From NCBI RefSeq assembly GCF_006345805.1, contig NW_021834327.1:1-62566 (forward strand): DNA of 62,566 nucleotides, in the 5' to 3' direction. How positions within the stretch are numbered: the first letter of the stretch is position 1; each line of letters starts with the position of its first letter. This document shows, piece by piece, positions 37,370 through 51,590 of the stretch. The notes under the pieces were generated by a model. That model was not told where the DNA came from and searched no databases. It was given only the letters and a program-made list of their open reading frames with translations. Source of the DNA: Octopus sinensis (Eukaryota). A program made the translations under genes and the position numbers.

Positions 37370-37890
37370 TGGAGTGGCGTGGAGCTTGTGTCTGTTGTGT
37401 GAAGTGGTGTGGAGTGGAATAAAGCCAGCGCCTGTGGTGTGGCTGTGCAGTTTAGTGCGTCGTGGAGATGGAGATAGCGTGTGTGGGGTGGCATGAACTT
37501 GCGTCTATGGTATGAAGGTTTGTATGAGTGTGTTGTATGGTGAGTATGAAAACGTGTGAAGTAGAGCTGGCGCCTGTGATGTGCTTAGATAATAAGTATC
37601 GTTTGGAATGAAGGTTACATCTGCAACGTGGAGTGGAGTGGATCTGGTGCCTACAGTTTGGTTATGTAACAAGTACTGTGTGGAGTAAAGGTAATATTTC
37701 TGCCATAAGTGGAATGAAGAAAAGCTGGCGCGTCTGGTGTTGAGTGAGGTAGCATCTGTGCTATGAAATGGAGTGAAGTAAAGCTGATGGATGTGGTTTG
37801 TAGTGAAGGTAGCATCTGCAAAGTGGAGTGAAGGTAGCATCTGTGCTATGAAGAGGAGTGGAGTAAAGCTGGTGTCATTGGTGTTGAGTG
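37370..37890. repeat. Degenerate GT-rich minisatellite (GAAGGTAGCATCTG / GGAGTGGAGTAAAGCTG units)
   Basis: Recurrent motifs with irregular period. Confidence 0.75.
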
Positions 37891-38005
37891 AAGACATTCT
37901 GTAGACTATTAAAAGTAATAATGCGGTGCGTAGAGCTAGTTTCCTCGTTTAGGTGTGGTTTGGCAGTGGTTTCCAATCGTGGTCAGTCTGTTGAGGTGAA
38001 GACAT

Positions 38006-38067
<62 letters not shown>

Positions 38068-38069
38068 TG

Positions 38070-38107
<38 letters not shown>

Positions 38108-38224
38108 CTGTATGTATGTATGTATGTATGTATGTATAGGGAAATTAACGAAAAAAAACCAAAGACGAAGACAGGTGGTTAGAAAAATAAACAGATGTAT
38201 TAGTATACGCTCGGAATTGAAAAG

Positions 38225-38261
38225 TCTTTTATGTTTCGAGCCCTACGCTCTTCCACAGAAA
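38225..38261 (-). ncRNA. Degenerate minimal type I hammerhead-like motif in a TA-embedded element (~38137-38285)
   Basis: cttt-CTGTGGA-a-gagc gtagg gctc-GAAAC-ATA-aaag; A6 and the G pairing with C15.2 are altered. Confidence 0.45.
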
Positions 38262-38282
38262 GGAACGCAGAAAGAAACGAGG

Positions 38283-38346
<64 letters not shown>

Positions 38347-38658
38347 ATTGCGATGATTCTTGTCTAGTTGTTGTTTTCACAATTCAATAGTCTTATAATG
38401 ATCAAATGTCGTTGGGGAAGAGGTGATTGTGGTCTGGTTGTTTTTCTTGTGGTTGTTGTGCGATGGCATTGTTGTAGTATCATGGATGTTGTGTGGTGGC
38501 ATAAGTGTGGTGAGGATATCGTCTAGCTATGGTCTGCTGCATTATATAGTGAAAAAGTGATATAAGAGCACAAATATCACCAAACTGACTTCTGCGATCC
38601 AGAGTTCACTCTGACCTTTGTCTGACATTAATGCAATATATCTCCAACACTCTCCCAC

Positions 38659-38721
<63 letters not shown>

Positions 38722-38843
38722 AGCCTTGCTAGTAACCTTTACTCTCCAAATGTTGTACATCGCAAACGGTTATATATTTTAACTTGTTTTAAGCATTAAG
38801 CTGTCGCCATGCTGGGGTATCACACAAAGTGTGTGTGCGTGTG

Positions 38844-38887
<44 letters not shown>

Positions 38888-39051
38888 GTGTGATAAGTGG
38901 CATACACAACAATCAACTCTCAGGCCCTTGAACGACTTTTGTAACTTTATTCAATGAGTTCTATCTCTCGTTTGTTGTTCTTCCAACCATATATATATAC
39001 ATGTATGTATGTATGTATGTATGTATGTATGTATGTATGTATGTATGTATG

Positions 39052-39085
<34 letters not shown>

Positions 39086-39722
39086 CGTACGTATGTATGT
39101 AGGGATCTGGGGCGAGTTGTGTCACCTGTCTACGGTTTTCAGGTGTTTTAACATCCAATGCAATGAGGGAATCGCCCTTTGGCCGCTTTATCGAAGCGAA
39201 CCGGCAAACTTACAAAACATATATTGCGTGTGCGAGGTTAATAATATATATAGTCGTTTAAGCCACCATAAGTCAGAAAAATTCGGCGCTTGCACATTTG
39301 TCAATAGAGTGGGTATATTAATCAAAGAGCGAGAGAGCGCGAGAAAAGAGGGAGAGAGGAAGAGAGAGAGAGGGGGAGGGAGGGAGAGAAAGGGAGGGAG
39401 GGAGGGAGAGAGGGGAAGTGTGTGTGTGTACACTGACCAGTTGTTGATTCCATTTTCTGCAGTAGAGCTTGAATAAACGAAATATTTTCTACCTGGAATG
39501 TTTGCTGAATTTTTTGAAGAAGATCCAAAATGTGTGATGTACGAGTAATCGGACAAGAGACGTTTTTACACCAGAAAATATCAAATGCTAATTCCGCTAA
39601 ATTTCTCCAGAGCAACATAGAAAATCACACGTTGTTTATTTACAGCTCTCATTTGCTTCAGGTGACGTGTGTAACAAAATTGGATATGACAGTTTCAAGA
39701 CAAATACTTTCTTTATCTTCTA

Positions 39723-39782
39723 CAATGATCCCTCGCTACTTCGCGGTTCAACAATCGTGGATTCATAACTTCGCGGATTTTT

Positions 39783-39848
<66 letters not shown>

Positions 39849-40266
39849 CGTCTAAAATGTTTCATTAAATCCATTAAAATATTAATGATAAGTATTATTT
39901 CCTAGTCTAGGAACAACAAAACAAATGTAAAATAGCAAAAAAGTATATACAAGGGTATTTGAACTTAAGACGGGCTGTGATTGGTGCAATGGAGAGAGAC
40001 GACGAATCACAGCTTTCTATTTTGTAATCTGGCCTGTGTAACAGTAACAATCTTTTTTTTTTTTAATCTAAAGTGTTATTACTTAACAGTTGTCCTTGTT
40101 ATTAATAGACTACTGTAATGGATGGGTTGTTAACAGTACAGGGAGGGTTTTAAAAGTCCAAACACACGTTAAAAAATACTGTAAATATGGTGTCCCTACT
40201 TCGCGGATATTCAGTTATCGCGACTGATCTCGGAACCAATCTACCGCGATAAACGAGGGATCACTG
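39723..40266. mobile_element. Tc1/mariner (Tigger/pogo-like) MITE
   Basis: TA at 39721-22 and 40267-68; TIR CAATGATCCCTCG...TCGCGG / CCGCGATAAACGAGGGATCACTG. Confidence 0.85.
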
Positions 40267-40269
40267 TAG

Positions 40270-40498
40270 TGTCGGTCTGGAAGTCATTGTCCCGATATCG
40301 ACATCAAGTCGAAAACGAACCATTTCCTTGTCCGGAACCAGATCGATCCCAAAATCGAATCAGTTCGTGCCAGTTACGAGGTGAAACATCCCTGAAAGTT
40401 TCATCCGAATCTATCCAGCGGTTCTTGAGATATCTTATCCTCAGACAAACAAATACGACTAAAAACAATGCCTCCGCCTTCGAAAGCGGGGGTAATAA
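40270..40498 (+). mobile_element. Helentron-associated (HINE/DINE-1-like) non-autonomous element
   Basis: AAAGTTTCATCCGAATC...ACAAACAAA...AAAAACAATGCCTCCGCC-TTCGAA-AGCGGGGGTAAT terminal stem-loop. Confidence 0.55.
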
Positions 40499-40769
40499 AA
40501 GACACTGAGATATTGCTTTTTCAGTTTTGTTTCAAACAGATCGGACGATCACACAGAAGCTCCCTTACTGACAAGTACACGCAGACCAAGATGCAAAAAT
40601 GGCGGTGATGTGTGACGTAGTTTTGGCTCTAAGTGTAATCAGTTGATGAGTTACTGTTTACAGGTGTAACAAGATAACAGCGGGTAAAGTAATGAAGATA
40701 TGAAGAGCATACACACATACACACAGATCTGGCTGTCTGTACGTCTGTGTTTGACTGTTCTATTTGTTT

Positions 40770-40839
40770 ATGTAGCTATCTATCTATCTATCTATCTATC
40801 TATCTGTCCTATCTGTCTTTCTGTCAGTCTATCTATCTA

Positions 40840-40874
<35 letters not shown>

Positions 40875-40920
40875 CCTTACTACCTATCTATTGTCTGTTT
40901 ATCTATCTACCTGTCTATCA

Positions 40921-40985
<65 letters not shown>
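40770..40985. repeat. (TCTA)n-(TC)n microsatellite
   Basis: Directly visible. Confidence 0.95.
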
Positions 40986-40986
<1 letters not shown>

Positions 40987-41425
40987 TTCTCACCCTCCAG
41001 AGCAGTCTAGCCAATACCTGTGGATGAGCTTTGTTTAGCATTACTATAAGGTTTTACCCAAATTTTATCCAACTATATATACGTGTGTGTGTGTAAGTCT
41101 ACGTACACACTGATAAAACACAGATGTCTATTGTAATACTTCTCACATAGTCCAGTTTATATCCCACCATCTCTTCTTTTTCGTCTCTCCCTTCTGACTC
41201 TTCTTATCTGTTATATGTCCAGAAATAGTGATAATGGATGTTACACTAACAACTTTTTATCTAACGCTTTCATAGTTGATCGATGTAGAATTGGGAGATC
41301 ATTTTCTCTTACGTCCCTTGACTTCTCTTTTTTTTCCTCTCTCTCTCTTTTTCTCTCTTTCCCATCGTCTTTCCACTTCTGGCTTCCTTCTTCTATTCCC
41401 CTTTTCCCTTCTTGTCGTTCTTCTT

Positions 41426-41490
41426 ACTCACCTTTATATATTTTCTCACTCAATATATTCATTGACTCACAAAACCCAACCATTTCACAA

Positions 41491-41521
<31 letters not shown>

Positions 41522-41633
41522 CAGAGGGGGAAGATAGTCAGGAAGAAGGACAGAGAGTGAGGGTAAGAGAGCAAGGAAGAGTAAAAATACTTAAGTAGGT
41601 ACGGAAGCTTCCCTTAACGACATAGCTACTTAC
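41426..41633 (-). repeat. Right arm of the long-range inverted duplication
   Basis: Inverse of 36933-37167; flanked by TTCTTCTT on both sides. Confidence 0.93.
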
Positions 41634-42421
41634 TTCTTCTTCTTCTTCTTCTTCTTCATCATCATCATCACCATCATCTCTCCTTTTTCTTTTCTCTTCT
41701 CCTCCACCAATTCACACATACGCATGCGCGACGTGCGTGTGCACTCAAACTTAGAAACTAGAAATCTAATACATCTTAGCATAATTAATATTCAGCGAAC
41801 ATAATTAATTAACCACAACCAGTGTTGTATATTTACCTATACCTTTGGCAGGCTGTAACCGAAGGACCCCAGAACCTAGTAGGGACCTCCAGGAAAGTGC
41901 TTAATAGTTTTGACATTGTTATAGGCTCCATGAGAGTAACCTCCCTGCTTCTAGACATCCGGCACTAAATACAACACAACCACCGCAAATTATTTTTATT
42001 GCTGCCGCTGCTGCTACTACTACTATCACCTCCACCATCATGGTAACATCCAACACCACAAGCTAGCAGCTGTTACTGCTCCGTTCCTTAAATGTATTGA
42101 CACTGAAATTTTTTTGCTGGGGGGGGGGGAGAAATCTCGAAGCTCATAAAGCTGTAAATAATAGTATGTAAATTTGGGGTTGAAAGATCTGGATAGGCAA
42201 AGTCGAAAGTTACCTTTGGAGCGTTTTGATTGTAGAGATTATGCAAACTCCATATAGGTATTTCTGAAGGTGTGCAGTCTTAGAAAAGAGCACCTTTGAA
42301 AACTCTATTCTTTGTTATACATTTGTCTTCTATTCTGAAAAGATGTTTCTTATGTATATTTGTATGTCAAGAAATAAACAAACTTAACTTTGGAACGACA
42401 TCAGAGTCATAATCTATTCTT

Positions 42422-42635
42422 TCTTTTGCTATTTTACTTGTTTCAGTCATTTTGACTGTTGACTGTTGCCCCAGGACTTATTTTAAAAACCTAGTATTCA
42501 TTCTATCAGGGGTTTTTTCTGTTTTGCCGAACCGCCAAATTACGGGGACGTAAACACACGAACACAAATTGTGAAGCAGTGATGGGGTGGGGAACAAATA
42601 CAGACACAAAGACACACACATACAAACGCACAAAC
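42422..42635 (-). mobile_element. SINE family A, partial and degenerate
   Basis: TTTTACTTGTTTCAGTC...TTTTGCCGAACCGC...TACGGGGACGTAAACAC. Confidence 0.8.
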
Positions 42636-42674
42636 ATATATATTTATTTATATATATATATATAAATATATATA

Positions 42675-43078
42675 TTCTTTTACTCTTTTACTTGTTTCAG
42701 TCATTTGACTGTGGCCATGCTGGAGCACCGCCTTTTGTCGAGTAAATCGACCCCAGGACTTATTCTTTGTAAGCCTCGTACATATTCTATCGGTATCTTT
42801 TTGCCGAACCGCAAAGTTACGGGGACGTAAACACACCAGCATCGGTTGTCAAGCGATGTTTGGGGGGGGGACAAACACACACACACACATATATATATAT
42901 ATAGATATACATATATACGACGAGCTTCTTTCAATTTCTGTCTACCAAATCCACTCACAAGGCTTTGGTCGGCCCAAGGCTATAGTAGAATACACTTGCC
43001 CAAGGTACCACGCAGTGGGACTGAACTCAGAACCATGTAATTAGTAAGCAAGCTTCTTACCACACAGCCACCCTACGG
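42675..43078 (-). mobile_element. SINE family A, full length
   Basis: Reverse complement of the family A consensus. Confidence 0.9.
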
Positions 43079-43546
43079 CTATTTATAGTATTTTTCAACT
43101 ATGGTATGACTACGTTAATAAAACTTTAGTAAATATTAATACGCTTGTACTACATCCTTATTTTCATAAAAGATAAAAGTGCGTAGGAAGACTGCATTTA
43201 AACCCACAGCTGACCGAACTTAAGAGTAAATTGTAATAGAGATTCTAAGAGTAATATAGGCGTAGGAACGATTGTGTAAACTATAGGTTGACCAAAGCCT
43301 GTAAATGAAATTTGGTGGATAGAAAGTGTGCGGAAATCCATCGAGTGTTGTGTGTGTGTGTGTGTGTGTTTGTATGCTTATATATGTGTATGCGTATACG
43401 TGTATAAATATATGTGCGTATATATTTACATATGTGAATTTATGTATGTGTATAAATGTGTGTATACGTGTTCATATATGACTATATGTATGTTTGTATC
43501 AAACAAATATAATAATAATAATATAATAATAATAATAATGATGATG

Positions 43547-43582
<36 letters not shown>

Positions 43583-43609
43583 TAATAATAATAAAATAAT
43601 AATAATTAT

Positions 43610-44183
43610 GCCCTGATGCAGTATCATGTCCTGATGCAGTACCAGGCAGTGGCTCTCATGGCTTCTGATCTTAACTGATTGGAAGTGTTATCATGTACAT
43701 GTTTTGTCTTGGTATAAAAGATGGGCTACAGCAAATATTCTGCTCAATACCACAGATTTGCTTTTCAGTTGTTTGACCTTAACCAGTTGACCATGTTTCT
43801 TAGTGACTGACGATATGTGCATCTCTGATCATGAGCAGAAGTAGTGGGGGAGCATCATAGCCATGTGTTGAAAAGAATTCTTAGAGGTTTGGATAATTCA
43901 CCTTTGGAATCATGGGTGGTTCGTTCAACATCCTTAAACAATCCTTATTCAGGGACCTTTTGAGCCGGATGGGCTACTCAACCAGAAGAAAATTCTAACT
44001 GGGCCCCATCTGCAAGGTCATGAGCTGTTTATCTTGATATGAGATCACCATGTCACGCACACATATGGCTGTGATGCATGTGCCTGGTGTACCCTTATCA
44101 CATGAGTAGTCATGATGGGTATACTGGGCTTTGTATATTTTACCCCAGTGCCACTTTGATGGCATGCACTGCTCTCTCACTCA
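43610..44183 (-). mobile_element. Unclassified family H element, copy 2
   Basis: Colinear with 7622-8171; (AAT)n on both sides; terminal CCTGATGCAGTA duplicated at 43612 and 43630. Confidence 0.8.
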
Positions 44184-45028
44184 ATAATAATAATCCTTTC
44201 TACTATAGGCACAAGGCCTGGATTTTGTGGGGAGGGTGACAGTCGATGACATCAACCCCAGCACTCAACTGGCACTTATTTTATCGAGCCCGAAAGGATA
44301 CGGCCGTCACCATCACCAATATATACACATAGGAGATCGCAAAGATGTTCTTCGGAGTTTTAGTTGTGCAGGATTGAACCTGGGGGTTAAACTATAAACA
44401 GACTTGTACTACCATGCCACCACATCGAGAACAATATCACCGCCACCGTTACTACTACCACCACCAATGCTGTCACAACAACTACTACTGCGCACTTGCT
44501 CAGGAACAAAAACTGCTTAGGGGGTGCGCACCCAGGTCCAACATTTTTACATGTATTTTTTTATATATGTTCTTTGTTCGAGAAGAAACGTTATTCAAAG
44601 TTCTTTTTGCAGATAACATTTTTTGCACTATTTTCTAAACCTAAGAAAAGTAAGAAGGGTTGCAAATTTTGATATTTCACCCCACAAAAATTTTAGAGGG
44701 ATATGCTTGCACCACCTGCAGTCCCTGTTCTCGGGTCCATGCTACTGCATCACAGTGAATTCATGTTAGGCTACCTATAGCATCAAAACACCTGTAAAGA
44801 CATAGCTGTCAGTGTATCTTTTGGTTGGACGATGTTGTTTATAAACATGTCCAAAATTCATTCATGTACGTTATATGTACGAACTGCTGGATGGACAGAC
44901 AGGTAGATAGGTAGATAGATAGATAGATAGATAGATAGATATGCGTGAAAGTGTAGTGTTACAGTAATGGGGGCAGGGAGACCATAAGATCAAATGAGTA
45001 CTCTTCGATATATATATATATATAATAT

Positions 45029-45071
<43 letters not shown>

Positions 45072-45509
45072 CTTTTAACTCTTTTACTTGTTTCAGTCAT
45101 TTGACTGCGGCCATGCTGGAGCACCGCCTTTAGTCGAGCAAATCGACCTCAGGACTTATTCTTTGTAAGCCCAGTACTTATTCTTTGTAAGCCCAGTACT
45201 TATTCTTTGTAAGCCCAGTACTTATTCTATCGGTCTCCTTTGCCGAAACGCTAAGTTACGGGGACGTAAACACACCACCATCGGTTGTCAAGCAATGCTA
45301 GGGGGACAAACACAGACACACAAACACATACACACACACACATACATATATATACATATATACGACAGGCTTCTTTCATTTCAGTTTCCGTCTACCAAAT
45401 CCACTCACAAGCATTGGTCGGCCGGGGCTATAGCAGATGACACTTGCCCAAGAACCCGGAACCATGTGTTGGTTAGCAAGCTACTTACCACACAGCCACT
45501 CCTGCGCCT
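45072..45509 (-). mobile_element. SINE family A with an internal 22-bp triplication and a head deletion
   Basis: TTATTCTTTGTAAGCCCAGTAC three times at 45156-45221; CCCAAG|AACCCGG junction. Confidence 0.9.
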
Positions 45510-46944
45510 ATATATATATATTATATATATATATATATATATCTTGTTCCAACCATTAGACTGCAGTCGTGGTGGGGCACCTCCCTGAAGGATGTTTTAG
45601 TTGAATGAATCGCCTCCAGGCCTTTTCTTTCTAAGCCTGCTACTTATTCTATCGGTGGATTTTGCCGAGCCGCTATGTTAAGGGGGACGTAAACATACCA
45701 ACACCGGTTGTCAAGTGGTAATAGGGGACACACACACACACACAGGCGAACAGAAAGTATCAAGTGATCCTTCTGTTTAACGTTAAATTGTTTTTATATA
45801 TAAGTTGACATAAAAACAGGCTAATATAAATAAATAAAGGGTAGAGAAAATGTGTGTGTGTGTGAGTGAATATCATTACACACACGCATAGTAAACATGT
45901 AGACTGACTTGTTTGACTGATTCGCTAAAACGTGTTATAAATATCCTTGTCCTGTCAACTTCTCCACCAAACTCCCACCCGTTTCTCATACTCTTTTTTT
46001 TTTCTTTCTTTTTCTGTTGGCCAGCCCCTCCTTAAGAGAAGACATTTACGCGATCTTTGTTAGTGAATTCGATTGTTCATTTCTAATTGGACATAATTCC
46101 ACGAAATCCCTGTTTACTCAACACTCCAACGAGAAAAACAAAAACAAAAACAAAATTATAAGTAAACAGAGGAACAAGAAAGTAATGTATGCTTCTCAGA
46201 CGTATATACACACATAATTTCCTCAGTTTATACATCGACACAATTAAGCATTAACTGAAGGACTATTCAGTACATTTAAGCGCAATATCACAGTCACATT
46301 TTTTTACAAGGAAAACATTGGCTATAACTTCGAAGTTTCTACTACAGCTGTCTCATATATATATTATATTATACTATACTGTATATCCGTGTACTTTTTG
46401 GGAGGTTTTATAATAACACTTTAAAAACACACAGTATGTGTCGCAGGAACAAATCTAAGGTAAGTGTTTAAATACGTTTTTTTTTTATCATTATATTAAA
46501 TACTTATAATATTACATTATTCACGGTTTTGTCCGTCCGAATATGTTTAAATCTAAACAATTTAAGAATTTTAAAATACATTTATGATGGAAAATGTATA
46601 AACTGACTGCCAGATTTGTGTTTTTATTGGGCTTTATGAATGGAAAACAAAAAAAAAATACCTTGACATATTTAGCTGTGCGCGGTTTTTCCCAGGTAGG
46701 CTGTTATATTGTTATGTAGGAACAATGGTAAGGATACCCCAAATCTCAATAACAATAGGTAACGATAGAGTACATTTCATATATATATATATTATGTGTG
46801 TATTTGTATATAACGTAATTCACCCACAGTAACTAACCTCATAATATAAAGAGATTAGGCTTAAATAGGGGTGAATGACGTCGACTCCTCATATCAACAC
46901 TCTGGAGACCAATACCGTCGGATCCATACACACTCATGTATACA

Positions 46945-48315
<1,371 letters not shown>

Positions 48316-48320
48316 AAAAT

Positions 48321-48456
48321 TACTTTACCAAGGAACCCGGAACTATGTGGTTTGGAAGTAAGCACCTTACAATATAGCCACTCGTGTGCCTATATGTGTG
48401 TTGTGTGTGTGTGCGTGCGTGCGCGCGTGTATGTATGTATCTATATATATATGTTA

Positions 48457-48511
<55 letters not shown>

Positions 48512-48636
48512 GTATATATATATATATGTATAATATATATAATATGTATATATATATATATATATGTATATATAATATATACATATATATATATACATAT
48601 ATATATTATATACATATATATACAATATATATATAT

Positions 48637-48697
<61 letters not shown>

Positions 48698-48825
48698 ATA
48701 TATTATATATATATATAGATACATACATACACGCGCGCACGCACGCACACACACACACACACATATAGGCACACGAGTGGCTATATTGTAAGGTGCTTAC
48801 TTCCAAACCACATAGTTCCGGGTTC
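48321..48825. repeat. ~500-nt palindrome: SINE-A head and flank duplicated in inverted orientation around (TA)n
   Basis: Arms ~48333-48460 and ~48700-48825 share copy-specific substitutions. Confidence 0.9.
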
Positions 48826-49155
48826 AGTCCCACTGCGTGGCACCTTGGGCAAGTGTCTTCTACTATAATCTCAGCCGGCCAAATCCTCGTGAGAGGATTT
48901 GGTAGACGGAAACTGAAAGAAGCCCGTCGTATATATATATGTGTGTGTGTGTGTGTGTTTGTCCACCACCCTCATCGCTTGACAACCGATGTTGGTATTT
49001 CTACGTCCCCGTGAACTAGCGGTTCAACCAAATAGACAGGTAGAGTAAGTTTTAGGCTTACAAAGAATAAATAAATCCTGTGGTCGATTTGTTCCTCTAA
49101 AGGCGGCGCTTCCAGCATGGCCGCACTCAAATGACTGAAACAAGTAAAAGAATAA
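48770..49155 (+). mobile_element. SINE family A, diverged
   Basis: Consensus order retained. Confidence 0.85.
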
Positions 49156-49506
49156 GTAAATATATATATATAGGAATAACCACATGTGTGCTCCCCATCA
49201 ACTCTGTTTCCCCAAAACTTTCGGAACATGAATGTTTGGGATTTTTTTTTATGAGGACAATAAGTTGGGAATGGCGCGCGCACGCGTTTCATGATGTCAT
49301 TTAACACACGGCATATTACCGTAGGAATTCCGCTTCGATATGATGTCAAAACAGCGTTAAACACCCACATTCCGATATTGCACACTTTAGAAGTTTATAA
49401 AGCTGAATATATTTAGATTTAAGCTACATAAACATTGGAAAAGAGAAGGGTTTTATAAAGCTGAAGTAATCATAACAGCTTATTTTGTAGGCCATTTCTG
49501 TGATCG

Positions 49507-49507
<1 letters not shown>

Positions 49508-49559
<52 letters not shown>

Positions 49560-49608
49560 ATATATATATTATATATATATATAATACATATATATAGATA
49601 TATATATA

Positions 49609-49672
<64 letters not shown>

Positions 49673-50207
49673 CGGATATATATATATATATACCGGAGTA
49701 AACACATAAATGTGAAACAAGGTGGAAAAAAGAGTACTCAAATACCAGTGGTAGAGTATATATATATATATATAATATATATATATAATTATATATTTAA
49801 TCGACAGGGCTACCAAAGCCTTGTGAGTGGATTTGGTAGACAGGAACTAAAAGAAGCCCGTTGTGCGTGTGTGTGTGCGCGCATTCGTTTGTCCCCCACC
49901 ATCGCTTGACAACCGGTGTTGGTGTGTTTCCGTCCTTGTAACTTACCGGTTCGTCCCAAGAGACTGACAGAGTAAGTACTAGGCTTTAAAATAATTACTG
50001 GGAGTCGATTCATCCGACAAAAAACAAAAATTCTTCAAGGCGATGCTCCAGCATGGCCGCAGTCTAATGACAGGAAACAGGATAAAAGATATGCGTGTCT
50101 GTGCGTATACATATATAAATCCCCTAAACGGAACAAGAACGCAACAGACGACAATAAAAACATTGCGGACTACCAGGACGGAACATTCGTGGCTTTCTAT
50201 TCATTAA

Positions 50208-50253
<46 letters not shown>

Positions 50254-50291
50254 TATATATACATATATAATATATATATATATTATATATA

Positions 50292-50330
<39 letters not shown>

Positions 50331-50408
50331 TATTATATATATATATATATTACATATATATATATATATACATATATATATTATATACATATATAATATA
50401 TTATACTA

Positions 50409-50450
<42 letters not shown>

Positions 50451-50585
50451 ATATATCTATTATATATTATAACAATATATATATATATATATATATACAT
50501 TATATATATATACATATATATATATATAACATATATATATATATACATACATATATATATATATATAGATATAATATATATATAT
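49508..50585. repeat. Long (TA)n field with embedded element fragments (49670-49750; SINE-A 49812-50092; 50125-50210)
   Basis: Directly visible. Confidence 0.9.
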
Positions 50586-50588
50586 ATA

Positions 50589-50760
50589 CTGTTGTGTCTG
50601 GGGAGAGTCATTCTCTTTAGTACCTTATTATTTACACACTCACCGGTAAAGTTTCCACTTATTCGTCTTTTTATTTTCCTAAAATCAAGTGGAAACTTTA
50701 CCGGTGAGTGTGTTAAATAATAAGGTACTAAAAGAGAATGACTCTCCCCAGACACAACAG
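50589..50760. repeat. Near-perfect hairpin, 72/74-nt arms, 26-nt spacer
   Basis: Arms differ only by two single-base homopolymer indels. Confidence 0.93.
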
Positions 50761-50862
50761 AATATGCTTCAACACTCGAACTCATATAAAGAATCTTGCA
50801 ACCAAATCCCAAAACGAAATAAATAAATAAATAATATAATATTATATATATATATATTATAT

Positions 50863-50917
<55 letters not shown>

Positions 50918-51267
50918 AACAACGCTCCGTCTTTCTTGTTACTTGTTAACCAAGTTCAAGTTCTCTTCGAAAGTAAACAACTGTTTGTTTATAACGATTC
51001 ACTATATTTACATTAAACATTCTCACACACACAAACACGAATCACTTCTAGGATTCCTCATTGCTTTCTTCTTTCTTTTTTTGCTTTATTTTGAGATGTA
51101 TTCTTTTACCTTGAAACTCATTTCGTCTAGAAATCTTTTTAAGATATCAAAGTAGAGGTATTGAGCGTGCGTCGATTTATATAAATTGTTGATTTAGTAA
51201 TATCGGCCATCTTTCGACAACCATACGCGAAAAATGAATCTATTTCTTCGGCAATTGTCGTAATATA

Positions 51268-51590
51268 TTATTATCTTTCACTTGTTTCAGTCGTTGGACT
51301 GCGACCATGTTGGGACACTGCCGTGAAGGAGTTTAGTCGAACAAATTAATCTTAGTACAAGTTTCTGAAGCTCGGTACTCGTTCTATCGGCTTTTTTGCC
51401 GAACCGCTAAGCTATGAATACGTAAACAAACCAGCAGCGGTTGTCAAGAGGTAGTAGGAGGGGGACACACACAGATACATGCGACGGGGCTATTAGTAGA
51501 AACACTTGCACAAGGTGCCACACAGTGGGACTGAACCTGAACCATATGGTTTGTAAGCAAGCTTCCTCACCACACAGCCATGCCAGCAGA
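51268..51590 (-). mobile_element. SINE family A, degenerate
   Basis: CACTTGTTTCAGTCG...TTTTGCCGAACCGCTAAG...GGTGCCACACAGTGGGACTGAACC. Confidence 0.78.

Noticed and set aside
44495-44742. Possible hAT-type MITE (GGGGGTGCGCACCC...GCACCACCTGCA)
   Set aside because: No convincing TIR pair or TSD.
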